From Botryllus schlosseri (taxonomy: Eukaryota): a stretch of DNA of 64,000 nt. This document shows, piece after piece, positions 46,201 to 61,200 of the stretch. The notes beneath the pieces are model-generated. The model saw only the letters and a list, made by a program, of their open reading frames with translations, had not been told where the DNA came from and ran no database searches. Within the stretch, counting starts at the first letter, position 1. Each line of letters begins with the position of its first letter. A program made the position numbers and the translations under genes. The DNA is taken from assembly GCA_051294905.1 (NCBI GenBank), contig CM119385.1:4650001-4714000 (forward strand), given 5' to 3'.

Positions 46201-49200
46201 TTTCCGTAATTTCAGTGTTTACTGTCTACGATGCCGTAAACATTTCCGGAAGCACATCAACATAATGATATACGCACGCCCAACTGTTGATTATCTTTAT
46301 AAATTTGATGGAAACAGAACCTTACGTCAGGCTATGCCAGCTTCAAAATGTTTATAACAGATAATTGTCTTCTACAATCGAATCTGCACTCTTTCGTGTT
46401 TGCTGTGTGCCTCAACACAATGTCCGTATAACATCTGTCTGCTTAGTTGTTAGCATTAGATCCCACAGATTGAATTTCAATCATTGCATTACTGATGTTA
46501 CAAATTGCTAATTCTGATTCAGTTGAATTTTATCGAGCAGAGCAAAGAGAAATCGTGCAGACTATTTAGTCGGATTCAAAAACCTTATAAGCCCTAAGGA
46601 TCATGTACTGAACATTCAATGCCAAACTCGATTCGACGTAAAAACATCCAATTCATAAATTTGTCTAAACTTTACACTCATCCTAGTTATTGCATATCGG
46701 AATTTTGGCGTGAAAGATTAAACCTCAATAGATAGCCCAAAGTTCAAAGGCACATTTATGATCTAAATCGCCAAGTTCACTCCTATGAAAGTCTCATGAA
46801 GTGAAGATCATTCGAAGAGAATATTCTGTCTTGATAACATGCAGGACTTGATTTCACATAGTCCGTAACAGGTGGGATAGCTGGCAAATTTCAGTTTGAT
46901 TGCCAAGTTAATATTTAGGCATCTTATGAAACTAAGTTTTATAATCAAGGTGTTGGATACAATATTTGATTATTATATACATTATAAGGGCAAGCTAAAA
47001 GTGAATAACAGAGATAGTTTGGTAGCAAAAGATGTTTGTGATCGATAGGCAAATCAAGAAGTTGGCCACAAATCAATGGACGCGAAAACGTAATTGGTAC
47101 GCATATATTTATTGCTCACTAGGCATCTCCATCATCAAGGTGCCAGTTGATGTCGCAGACGACATGAAACGATTTAAGCCATATGGATTATATAACCACT
47201 GTAGAACTAAAAGAAAGAACCAATCCACGGTATGAAAATTACACATGCTCGCGAAATCCGTATACTACCCAAATTTCAGGAAGGCCGACAAATTAAACAC
47301 TACAAAGCTACCAGGCAACATTAAGACGAAGATTTTACCCCTGGAAAAACTCGTCCTTCATAGTTTTGTACGGATTTGGTGGCCTGCGTTGGTCAAGGTA
47401 ACAGTTAAAACCAAAGAATGACAACATTGCTTGCGATAAATGATCTTGAATTGAACAGTGCTAGGTTGCCAGCGTAAAAAACTGTGTGGATGAACATTAT
47501 CTGCGGCTAGAACTACCCCATCTGTTCCTGTTTAAACATGGAGATTCGATTACATTTTCAGCGCACGTCGCAGGTGCCATAGGTCTATGGTACAAAAGCA
47601 TAAACAACATCACTATGGTATGGCCAAATGCGGCATCTGAAATTTAGCCACACTCCATCAAAATTGCACAGGGCAACTTTTTTTTTCAAATTTTACTGGC
47701 AACTTGATAAAATTGTTGAGTTACCTAAAAAACACAGGTCACCAATTTTGGCTAGATTCCCACCTATTTAATTCATACTCCAAATTGCACTGGCTACCCC
47801 ATTAACTTCTTAGGTTGTCTGAAAAACAGATTTACAACAAATTTGGCGCAATTCCAACCAGCGGAAACTAAGTTATTGATGTTCAAAATTTAATAATTCA
47901 AATCCTCGTAATTGTATAACATATAATTAAAGAATTTGCCACCGCCCTCAGTGTAATTTTTTTTTAATATAAAATTTAGTACCGGTACTCCAATAACTTC
48001 ACTTCTACTGGTTGGAATAGAATCAAATTTCTTGTGCATCTGTTTTTTCAGACAACCTAATATTTCATAGTGTAGCCAGTAAAATTTGAAATTTTTTTAT
48101 ATTTCTTGTTATTAAATAAATCCAAAACATTTTTCTTATACAGCAATGGCTCTGTATATTGGATTTGAGTCAAAATAGGTGGGCTACCTAACAATTTTAT
48201 CAAGTAGACAGTAAAATTTGAAAAAATAAGTTATTTTTGAACAGCCCTAATATATTATATTTTCCCAAACGGTCCACAGAAAAATATTGTCAGGGAGGGC
48301 AGTTATTTTGACACCAATAGCATTGTTAATAAAGTAGTTAAAATGCCTAAAAATCCCAGATATCACGTTCTTACCCAGCCTCTGATTGATTGCCTCCATT
48401 CTGAAAAGATAATGACATCGTCATTAGTAGATTATCACATAATAACAGGAGAAAATGCCCATTTGCAAACAACCCGTAAAAGACTCACTTGAATGCCGTT
48501 CATTACATTGTAATCGGCAGGTGGCAGTGGCATATGTCCTTGAAAGAGGCTGCGAACAAACGTTACACGTCAGATTGAAATCATAATCTCGGTCGCCAAC
48601 CAATACCCACGCTGGCACATGAGCAAATAGTCTCGTGAGCTAAGTAAACAGGAGAGTAAAGAAAATTTCTATATAATTCGTAGGCGCCGAAAATACCGGG
48701 TCAGTCGTGATCGTCCACTATTTGCTGAAACCTTTGTCGATACTTAACGCTCGTGCTTCTCAATTGTGGAAAATTTCAGCGCCAGGCATAAAAACACACA
48801 TTTTCAAAGTTTCCTTACAAGAAGGAATGATAACGTCAAGAACAGAAAGGAAAAACTCTGTGTGATTATACTGTTTAATGGAACCCACGCCCATAGAATT
48901 CGATCAACAAGTATTTTTGGAATTCACAATTTGCAGCAAAACGTAAGAATGTGGACACTGGATTGTCAAAATTTACTCAGAAAATTAGGCCAATAGCTAA
49001 ATAGGCTTTTAGAAGTAGGCTACTGAACTTAGAACAGACACAAACTGGACTGTAAAATTCTCCAAAACTCTTTCTATAGTTCGTTCTGTCGTAAGCCAAC
49101 AGTTTAATACACCAACAGAGTAGAGTTATCTGATTTCAAATATCCTGCTGGATTGCATTGAATTTTATGGTCACTTGAGTGATAGCTTTCGATGCCGGCC

Positions 49201-52200
49201 AAGAGATGGTCATTTCAGGCATGCCATGACATGTTTTGCGGCCAACTTAATATGATATGTTTTTATACTTGGCAGTATTGTGCCACGCATTGAGTTGGAC
49301 ATCGGCAATAACTTTGGAATTTTCTTTGATTTGCTGCATTTCAGAGGTGATTAGGCTAGTTTTTAGCGAAAGCAGGGTTGTTCAAAGATGAATTTTTTCT
49401 CTAAATTTTATTGGCTACCAACTCCATTCCAACCTGTAGCCGCAAAGCTACTGGAGTTACAAATTTTTTTTTACAGATATCAAAAAAGGAGGGACAACTG
49501 CACTGTATGTTTCTGACTTACTCGTGAGGCCGTTCATTTTGCTGCTCCATAAGTTTGGTATAGGAATATGGAAACCAACCCCGTCTGAAATAAAACATGT
49601 TTATAAGAGCCTGAAACATAAAGACGTTTTGACCTATGTCTATCAAGCTCCGAGTTAAGAAACTGCACGGCAAACTTGAAAAAAAAATTGGAAATTTTTC
49701 TGATGACTCGACTTGACTCGAGTTATTTCTCCAAATTCGGAAATGACTCGACTCGAGTCAACCTGTGTATTGACTCGACTTGGACTCGAGTCATTGCGCA
49801 TGACTCGAAACGCAAACGGCTACGACCGACAATTCATTTTAATTTCCAATAGTAAATTAACCACACTATTGGGATTTCGTCTAATGGCACTGGCACTTGA
49901 AAATGCGACCAGAAACTGCTAAAAGTGAGGAAAACTAGTATATTATAAATGCGAAACATTCGATATCACCAAACAGAGTTATAAAAAATGGGTTTACCAA
50001 GATTTTAGCTAAAAACTGAGCAGTCAACACTTGGACTCGGACTCGAGTCAAAATAATATGACTCAGACTCGACCTCTGCTCGCTGACTTGGAGGTGAATT
50101 GAAAATGACTTGACTTGACTCGAGTCAAAACTATAAAAGTGAGATTGACTTGTGACACCGAGCATTGTGACTTGGTCACAACCCTGTTTGAAATTTCAAA
50201 ATTAAACTTCTCCAAGACGAGTTGCACCCAATCTTTCAAAATTTAGCAACATGTAGAACAGTCCTAATACTTCCTAAAACAGGCGTTAGATTGGAAAAGG
50301 AGCATCACAATTTTGTGTTACAATGTTTCGCTTGTTGGCACACTAAATCCAAATCCCTTGGCGTAGAACTACAAATATCGATAGCGGAGTGTGAAAATTT
50401 TATGGGCATGGGGGTAGCCCTGTTTAGATGCTAGTCCCCTTGATGACACTACTAATATGTGCGTTTTTTGAATACATATCTGGATATCGTGATACAAGAG
50501 CTATTTCGAACAGTTGTATTGACAATTGTGCTCAAAAGATTGATGCAAACATATCCCAAAACTATTTCCAACTTTACGAAACCAAAAATTAGAAAATTAG
50601 TGACTTTTCCTGAAAAAATTGAGTGGAAGTGGATGCAAGTGTTGAACACAACCAATTGAGTAAGTTATGCAAATAGGCATAGGCTAAGCCGTGTGTGTAC
50701 TCCAAAAAAGTAAAAGTTTTTTGTCACTGACAATGTCAACCTCTGAAATTTAGTCAAATTGTATAAGTCTAAGATGAAAAATTATTTCACAGCGACGGGC
50801 TTCATATGCCTACATAAATTCATACGCTGCATCAACAAATGAATATAATCTCACTTTTTCGTTCGATCGTTCTCTCCGTAATGCCACCCATCTCTAGGCT
50901 GCGGTATCATTAAAATAACAACATCGCCCTGAAAGAAACGCACGAATGAATACCATTCTATTCAATATCACATATGACATTGTATTCGAAAAATTCCATA
51001 ACAGTACCATTACACAAAAGCTGGTGAGGTATTGTCCGCGCCACACCTTTTATTATGATAGCATAGAGGCCAGGGATGGGCAATTATTTTCCCCCCGCGG
51101 GCCAAATCTGAAGCAGAGAATATGTTAACGGGCCAAGTCAAAATTTTTTTTAACTATGGTCTAATTTTATTTCAAAATTGAAAGCAGTGAATTACATTGT
51201 TAATACAGTGTGGATGTATTGATATTATTCAGGTATTAAGAAAATGATGGGTAATTAACAAAAAATGATATTTATCCACCGTCATAATTCAACAACGGTA
51301 AACATTTGAACTCTTTTTAATCCCCAGGCCCGTTTATCTATTAAGACATTAAAATGCATTTAGGATACTACAAAGCTTGTCTTGGTCGCTGCCTCCTGAG
51401 CAGTGTGCAGCTTGATGAAATACCCTTATTCTTGCGGATGGAAACTAGCAGTGCTTGTGAAATATGCACTCCCCTAGCCTTCTATCTTCGTGTATTTTGC
51501 CATAATACCGACTTATACTCCCCCATGGATTAACATTAAAAAGTAGGTTTTATGTTCGTAATTTTTTCACGGGCCGCGCATTGCCTAGCTCTCATATAGG
51601 CACAGTATTTTGTGGGGAACACAAAATAGACGCTACCAGCCTGTCAACGCAGATGGCTGTCTTTAATAATTGCTATTTGGATTAAAGTTGTTATATCTAC
51701 TAGCAGATGTGGCATACTCTTTATCCGTGTCTTCACATGCAATCTTTTCCTAAATAAGGAACAACCCAGTGTAACAGATCCATTTCTTAGGAGTTGTTAC
51801 TTGTTTTTGTGCAGTTATTACAAGACTTAATCCCAAGTCAATCTTCAAGATTGGTGCCAGTTATTTTCCCACTTAGCAGTTACCTACAAAAGATAATATG
51901 ACTCAAAATGTAAGAGTCTAGGTCTATAAAGAGTGTCGTCCAAATGCTGACCTTTTCAGTGTCAAATCCGGACGTGATCTGTCTCAATATTTACTGGCCT
52001 TTTTTTTAACAAAACCAAGATTTAAAGAATTAGAAAGACATGAAAATGCCAATTCTTCTAACAGAACAATAAATACATTGTGGTTATTGCATTTGCTAAC
52101 AAAGATTTTTTATATAGTTATACTGAATTACATTTGTATGCCTGTAATTCATTAGGCCTGTTATTATCTATCTACAAACATTTTCAGTGTATGAATTATT

Positions 52201-55200
52201 GTCAAGGAGCATCATAAATAAAACCGGTCAATATTAATAGAGTGAACAGTGTTACATAATTCAAAAATCTCATCCTACAAAGGTATAGCTACTATTCAAT
52301 TCACATTATCCCAAATCATTCGCTTAGGTTTGGTTAAGGTGACATTCCAATCTTCTTGAAATTTTAACATGGAGCCTAAACTGACCTCACACATTACAAC
52401 AGTATCGGCAAATAGAAAGCCCCATGAAAATGTACAGGAAACCAATGCAAATTTGACTAAGGTAAGAAATATCATGTACCGTATAAAACAAAACCTGGAA
52501 ACATTCGCGCGAAGATAGATACCTTTTCAAAAGCCAGTTGAGTCGGACTACCAGGCACACTGTGGCTATGCTGGGCACAGACCTTCTTCCTGAAAACGCA
52601 ATATCAACTCCGGTAATGAATAGAATACTGAAATATTAATGAACGGTAGGTGATACCGCTAATGAACTTTACCAATCCTTACAGAACTACATCAAAAGAC
52701 ACAATAAGAACAATACCGGTATACATAGAACATGTACAAATATCAAAAATAAAAAGGAACACAAAAAGCCAACATTCAATGATTCAATATTAGGGTATTT
52801 TACCCAACAATTAGTGCTTTTACAAATTATGTGTTAGCAAAAGGGCTTCGAAGCTAATGCCTCGGAGAATGGCATTTTTTGCGTAACTGGAGCCAGGTGT
52901 TTGAAATATAGCTCTGGCAACTATGTATTTCACAAGATGCTGGCTGAATTCACCTAATTTATTCACAAAATCAAGAATTGTTGCTAACATACCAAGTTGC
53001 GGGGAGCAGCAGAACAGTCAAATATTCATAACTGCAGGTGATCCACTTTTTCTCTAGGGTATTTATATTGAATTTAAAGGGTGTAACTTATTGCGCAATA
53101 AGTAGGTCTCTGTAGTTCCTGTAGCCAGAGACTCAGCAACAACGTTGTGGACACTAACTTTGTCTGATTGATACAATATATCGTGATTAGAATTGCAGTA
53201 TTTTGGACTTGAATATTTTAATACGGTACCAGCCAAATCAGTAATGGAAACAAGGAAGCTGTCTCTCAATCATTTTTACCGAGCGGATGGACATGTTATT
53301 TGTAAAATTTGAAGAGATGGAGACATTTGTGCATTCAATTTAAGAGTAAAATTGTCCAATTTGAGACGTAGTACGGAACGCCGTCACCGTGCCATTATCA
53401 AAACCATTCCTGTTTTTGACACACCGGAGCCGGAGCCACAGGTAGTTTATCATAATACAGATTATAGGAGCTGGAGCAATTAAATATTTGTCCTGCTCGA
53501 AAGCCCTAGGTGGACATCAACTAAATAGTGGATCAGAGCCGTCGAAGACTGATCTTGGTCTGTTTCAAGGCAAGCGCCAACAACAAAAACTAGTCATAAC
53601 TAAACGGTGACAACATGACTGACTGCCTTAATGTTACTTGTATTTTGCTCTCATCATAATTATGTATGTCTTCACAAATCAAATGTAATATTGAAAGATA
53701 AGCTCATAAATACAAGCGTGAGATTATGGTGATTAAAGTCATGGGCTAAGGATTAATAATTTTGCAATCCAACTGTACCAAATTGGCATCCATTATCAAT
53801 AAGAAGATTTGAAAATGCAAAAGGACTTTAAATTTCGAGAATGGACGAACTGTAGTTGCTTTAGTTCCAGTAATGTTCGATTTATATTAACAGGCCTGGG
53901 ACTGTCATTGCCATTACAGCCAGAAATAGAACTATGAGTAATACACAAACACTCCTCTAGTCACAATCCACGCTGAAGTACTTGGCAAATAAGAAAGATC
54001 ATATTATTTTAATGCCACATTTGAAAACATGCCTGAAAAATATGCGATTTCGAATACAAAACGCTGGCTCGATAGAAATAATATTACCTGCTGTCTCGCG
54101 GGATTATATTATGCCCCGTTGAGTCTGACGTTGACGCGTCTTCAAACGTAAACCCATGCAAAATGGAAAAGAAACATGCAAACAAAAAAGCAATCCAGTA
54201 AAAATGGAGCTGGATTCACCTTCTTGAGACCTCGCGGCCGAATAAATCATCCCAGTCGACATCATACTGAAACCGTCGCCCTGGAATTGCAGAAGTAAAA
54301 TAACTCAAAGAATCCATCTACCGGCACTTATTCACCAAAATTAATTATTTTCACGAATTAGGCGAATCCAAGCCGTGAAGGTTTAATATAGATACGGTAA
54401 TAGCATCCCGTAAGGCTATATTCCATAAAATAGCAGCATTAAACTATTTATATTTGACTGCGCCTAAGCGGATATTTGAATGGAAAACTTTGGGAGAGAT
54501 TTGTGTTTATGATAGTGAATAACTAGCTTATTAATGTACGGCATTACTATAGCTCACGGTGTACGCTAAACAGGGCAAATTTGGTTATAAACTCACCAAA
54601 TGCTGGAATGCTGGTTTGTTTGCCATTGATTGTGTTTTCAATATTGTGATCATAATACAGCCACATTCGTTCATCTATCACATTGGCCTTGAAAGCTTTC
54701 TGACTGGCAGTTTTTAACTGTATTTAGTCCAGAACAGTGGTGTCAAACATGCGGGTCATGGGCCAGATCCAACAGAACACTGCATCTTAAACATGAACAT
54801 TAGGACCAAACATTTTCGACCAGTAAATTGTATAAAACGCTAGTATCAAAGCAAGCTGATCACACATTTCAACCGCGCTAATAGTCTATCAGCAAGCAGT
54901 CATAGATAATGAGATAATCGCAAGGTAGATAGATATAACCTACAACTTGATCTGAGACACAGTGATCTCGGCGGAAACAAACTATAATTAAAACAAGGAA
55001 TCATTTTGCCCGCTACATGCCACACCGAGTGACGTAATATGAAATTCGAGCACGCTACGATTTGGTAAAATACTAACTGGTTGCATGGCAGGCATGGCGG
55101 GAGGCTCGGGTATGGAATAAACCGATAGCGTATCCTCCGATTTCACTTGTCCAAGAAGTTCCACTGTACTTTCCGGCAGTCCCTTAACGTCCGCGCACGC

Positions 55201-58200
55201 TTCCAACCATTTGCTCAGTTGATTGTTTAGTGATTCTATGGCCTGAGAAGACAAATCATAGAACATTCTAAGACGGCTAGTATTAATGAATGAACGATGG
55301 TAATAGCAGCTTTTCAATAGTGTTGCTAAATTTAATGCAATGTTACCAAAAGGATAACGGATTTAGAAAATTTGTATGGAGTGCACAAATATTGGAACCA
55401 TTAAACAGTTCAGATGACATTATCGACTTTGAATCAAGCTAGCTTTAAGAATGGATTATTTCCGATTCTTCACTAGTTGCTGGTGTCCACACAAGCAGCA
55501 GCCGAAAATTTTCGGGTTTATTCCAATATGAATACAATTTTTAATTGTACCACAAAGTGTGGTTAACTTTGGACACTGAGCAGTAAAGCATTTAAATGGT
55601 TATTGATGGAAAAGTGTACTGTCACTGGAGGTTCAATTCTTTTTTCACAAGACAACAGGACCATAAGTAGTCTCAATAAAAGGTGGATTCATTTCACTAC
55701 CAGACAAACTTGACCCATCATTGGTAAATTAATGGTGGGGGTCGATTGTATCAAAATTGATGGTTGTAAAACTTCTTACGACCAAACATTAATAGCATGT
55801 GAGAGGTACTTAATTATGACAATGAAGATTTTGGTTGATTTAATTCTAATCTTTGCTCCATAACCATAGAAAAACACATAACTTATTTCCCATGCACTCT
55901 AGCATTTATATAATAAAGCGAAATTGTGAAAAATTGTTTGAAGTACCCCCACTTTACCGTGCATTGTTTTACCTTTTGATGGTACATGATAGAACGCTTG
56001 ACGTATTCCGCTTGCTGTTCGACAAAAAAGCAATACCGTCTTCTCTCTTCGATAAATGCCTGCTTCAGACTATCGTGCTGAAAATCTTCCATCCCCTTCT
56101 GTTTCAATTCCACTTCAGCCGACAACTGTCAAATCGAAAATCATCACATGAATTGAAATTGAATATACAAATATTCAACAGCCGTGGTTCTCATTCTTTT
56201 TAGCTTGGGGACAAATTTTGCGGGCTAATGAACCTTCAACAATCAAAATTAACCTTACAAGTAATTATGCAAATGTATGCAACTCAAGTCATTGTAAACT
56301 TCAATTTAATGAGAAATTGACTGCTGTCATTTTGATATAAGACGTGTGATACACGGTTCTATTGAAGCATCTGCAAGGCGAAGTCTTGTTGAGAAAACCA
56401 TAAACTTGATTTTCGTTGTTCAATTTCTTTAAAAGAAGTTTGACTTTGATATTGTTTACCTCTATTCTACTGCCCGCTAAATTTTACAGTCGAAAGGAAT
56501 TGCTTGAAGTGCCTTTTAGCTTTCACACATATATAACTAGTCTAACATTTGCATCGTTGTGACTTATGCCAGGACCATGAATGATGACACATTGAAGAAA
56601 TTTATTTGACGTTTTATTTTTCTAATTAGTGGACAAGAATCCAACTTATAAGGACGTAGTATATGATTACAGTGGACACGGACTGGCACTACTCCAGAGA
56701 AGGATCTTCATTTCACTAGAAGAGGTAGGTTATAGTTCTCACAGTCATCAGATTATTAGAAAATGATTAGCCAAGAGAATTAGAACTGTAGCAGGACTGC
56801 ATGAAAATAATCACCAAACAATTTTTAAAACTGATTTGATGCCAAAACATTAACAAGCAGAATCCAAATACATTACAAAATCTCCAAAGCCCTTTTATCA
56901 TATCATAACCATCATTACTATATGAAAGGCTTACTATGAACCAGGTACTTCATGGCTAACATTGATAAGTTTAGATCATGGATGAAACCACAACAGGAAT
57001 GTAAAAAATATCTTGAGCATGCTGTCGGCTGCTCCTCATAGATCTACGGAAAATAAGAATTTTGAAAGATTGCAATGTCATGCAGTTGTGACAATGATAC
57101 AGGCAATAATTATACACCAAGTTGAGCAGCTGTGATATGATCAATTGAGTGATGAACGTTGACATTGCTTCTCATGCAAGCTGAATTCACGATTGTCCTA
57201 CATCATACTTCGCTTGAAATCTTTAGGAGTGCAGATATTTGTAAGTATGAGTACAATTCATTCAGATTGAGATAACATATCCTTGTCAATGTATCCAGAT
57301 AAAATAGGTGCGCACCTGGCCAACGACCTACATCATTTCCATCATCAACCTTGCTATATCTACAACAACAGCCTGTGACTGCCCCTAATTAATATTTAAT
57401 TTGAACCTAGGCTCAAAAAGATAGATAGGCCGAAATAGAGTAGTAGAATTCTTCTATATTTACTGAAAGTCATAATAATATATTCTGCGGGTTGCTTTGG
57501 CCTTGTTACATTATATTTAGTTTGTCTGGGCCTCGAATGAAAGCGTGTCACGATTCTGATAAATTATTCATTCCAACAGCCGGAATCATCGCTCTGACTG
57601 ATGACCAGTCTGGTATAAATTACTACAATCAAGCTGTCACGATATCATCCAAGAAAAATAAATTCATCACCCTGGCAGCATCCGAGCCCCGCTATGAAAA
57701 GAGGGAATTTTCAATAATTAGACAGGATACACAAATGAGAAGTTATTATTGCAAATGAGCATCAGATATAGAGTAGCCTTACGGTTCATAGTAAACTCAT
57801 AAATGGTGTGAACTAGAAACTTGCTAAAAAGACTGTGGCAAGGCAGGAAGGTACGGTATTAAAATGGTAAATCCACAACATGTAGGAGGCTACATTAGGG
57901 TTGTTCAAAATTAACTTCCTATCTGGATTTTGGGAATTCACGGATTAAATTGTTAAGTTGCCTAAAAAGATGCTGCACACCAAATTTTACTTGATTCCAA
58001 CAGGTAGCTGTTAACGCACCGGAGTTTAAAAATTTTGAATTAATAAAAAAATGATTGAAAAAACTCAAATAACTACGCTTCTACGAGTTGGGATTGTGTC
58101 AAATTTGTTTTATATCGTTTCTGTAGACAGTAAAATTTGAAAATTTTGTAAATTTTTTATAATAAATTCAAAATTTCAAATCTCCTGTGCGATCACATCT

Positions 58201-61200
58201 ACCAGTTGGAATCGAGCCAAATTTGGTGTAGCCTACATTGTACATTTTTAATTTTGATCATGTCATATTGACTGCATGCACAGATTTGCTATTTCTTCCA
58301 GAATCCACAATTGTAAAATCCTCAAATCAACTCTAATTTACTGTAAGCTACTCAATAATCTTCATACGTAGTAGGAAGAAAACAACGGGATTTAAAATAA
58401 GTACTGGCACCTCATTAAGATAGACTAGAGGCTTTTAACCTCTAACAATCAGGTTAAGCTTTACAAGCCTTTGACGAGCCCGAAATTTTCATCAAGTCAC
58501 AAAACAAACAACTACCGCATTGCACATCTAATACATTACAATAGAATAGGCATACTGGTATACAAAATTAACAGTGCAGTAAGGTTGTTCAGAAAATAAC
58601 CTTTTCTCAGATTTCCGTCGCTATTAGCTAAAATTGTTTTTGTTAGGTTGGCTAAAAAACGTTGCACACTAAATTTAACTCAATTCCGTCCAGTAGAAGT
58701 TGGAAAATTTCATATTTATCGTAAAAAAAGTTTTTTTTAAAAATTTTACTCTCAGTCTCTGGTCAAATAGTCTAATAAAACGATTCACAACAAATTTGGC
58801 TCAATTCCAACTGTTAAGCGATGTTGTTGGATTTGAAAATCTTGGATTGGAAAAAATACTATGTACCGTTGGTAATCCAAGAATTATTAAAGACAAACTC
58901 GAATAACTTCACTTCTATGGGCTGGAATTGAGTCAAATTTATCTCGCATAGTTTCTGTAGACAACTAACCAATTTCATGGATTAAGTCAATAAAATTTGG
59001 AAAAATATTTTTAATTTTTTAAAAATAAATTAAAATTTTCAAATTCTAACACAGCTTCTCTTCTACTAGTTGGAATTGAGCCAAATTTGTTGTGCAACTT
59101 TTTAACCAACCTAACAATTTTAGCTAATAGTCGCAAAAATCTCGAAAAAAAAAGTTATTTTTCAACAACCCTACTGTATAGTGACAAAGTGTCATAAGAA
59201 CAGCACGATTAGGACATGATTTCCAGAAATACTGGTGCACAAATTGAACTCTGCATCAACTTCAGTGTTATAAGAACGACACCATTAAAACATGATTTCC
59301 ACACAAAACAGACAGATTAGGCTATACGATACCAGTAATGAATATTTATATTTACTGAATATCAGCACAACTTCTGGTGTATCCCGGCCTCCAGCAAACA
59401 ACTGTGTTATGAGTGAAACTCAGAAAAGAACCACTGAGATAGGCTGAGGACATGGACTTTGGAGGGTTCTTGAGATTTGATATGAAAATATGGAATGCAA
59501 GTCACCAATGTGAGCCTGGGAGTGGTGTCACTATGAGTTCAGAAATCAACTTCATAATCCAAGTTATTTGATCAGCAACAACAATAAGGAGGGCTATGAT
59601 TGATGCAACTAGAGAAATCCGAACACAAGTTATGAGTAATAACTGCCTTTTGAATATTAAAATACAGTGGCGAATTCAATTCAAGAAGGCAATAATTGTC
59701 TCCACATAATCCAAGTTGACAGGTTCACAAGTGGAATCATACCCTGGATTTTGAAGGAAAAGGACACTCAACGCCATCGAGTGCATCTCACCAGTTTGAA
59801 GAGTGCTTGACGTGCCGTGTGTACACAATCAACTCTCGTTTGGGCAAATTCGAGATTAGTATTTGACCATACATGCAATAGACATTTCACAAAACACATT
59901 TCACCAAATGCTGGGTTATCTTTGCAAAAGTATGCAAACAAAAGTTGTGGCTGGAATGCATTGAGTAAACACGAAACACTCGTAACTCAAAAGTTACTCA
60001 TTAAATAGGTCTGTGTTCAATAATGTATCAACAAGGCAGCATTGATAAATGGACATTGGACAGCATCGGTTTGTGAAAATGTATCATTAAATGCGATGAA
60101 ACGCTACATTGCAAATAGGAAATCCATGAACTGAAATCTTATTTGGCTCGATTTCAACTGGTAGATGTGAACGCACGGAATTTTTAAAATTTTGAATTTA
60201 TTAAAAAAATTAAAAAAAGGTTTTCTGAAATTTTAGTGTCAACCAAATAAAACTGTTGAGTTATCTAAAAGAACAATGATTAACAATTTTTGCCCACTTC
60301 CATCCAGTAGAAGTTAAGTTATGGCAGTTAAAAATTTTGGATTCACAAAAATAGCCTAATCCCAGAATTATTAATGAATAACCCAAATAACTTCATTCTA
60401 CGAGTTGGAATTCCCTCAAATTTGTGTTATATCGTCCAAAATTTTCAACTGCTATAAGTAGAAGTGAGTAAAAATTCTTAAGCATTGTTCTTTTAGATAG
60501 CTCAACAATTTCATAGGGTTGAGTGAAAATTTGAAATTTTTTATACATTATAATCTATTAAATTCAAAATTACCAAACTTCTGTAGTAGTCTATGTTCAC
60601 ATCTACCAGTGGGTATTGAGCTTCATTTGATGTGCAGCGTTTCTATAGGCAGCTTAACAAATTAATTGAATCCCTGAAGTCCGAAAAAAAACTGAACAAC
60701 CCTAGTGAGCATGAATGGCAAGTTGAATCAAATTATAGTTAAGTAGCACTCCGGTAACTAACTTCAATGTTCAATTTTTATATTCGAAAATTGACCTTAT
60801 GAATTCGAATATCAATATACTGTTCTTTTGCATTGAAATGTGTTGGTGTTTCTCAGGTTTGATGTATATAAGAACCAGAGTTTCATACTGGGAAGTGCGT
60901 TTAAACAGGATTATTTAAAGTATCCCTCGTTTATTATTACACTAGAAGAGTTTGCAATCACTGCGTCATACCTTCCGGATAAATATAGACAGCAAAGTGA
61001 AGCCATTAAATTTATTTTTCAAGTTCTGAATCGCCAAATTATAGTTAAAACATGAACCATATGGAATTACAGTCAAGGTATCATCTAATAGCGCTATAAA
61101 ATTATGTTTCCTCTTCAAATCAGGGTAATTGGCAGTTAGCTATAGTGGTTTTATTTTATGAAACAATGTAGCCATGCCATTGTAAGGCAGTTCAGTTCAG

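Noticed and set aside
56950-57350. Possible very old LINE reverse-transcriptase remnant in the BAIAP2 intron
   Set aside because: Only a vague resemblance across multiple stops; needs a frameshift-aware search.
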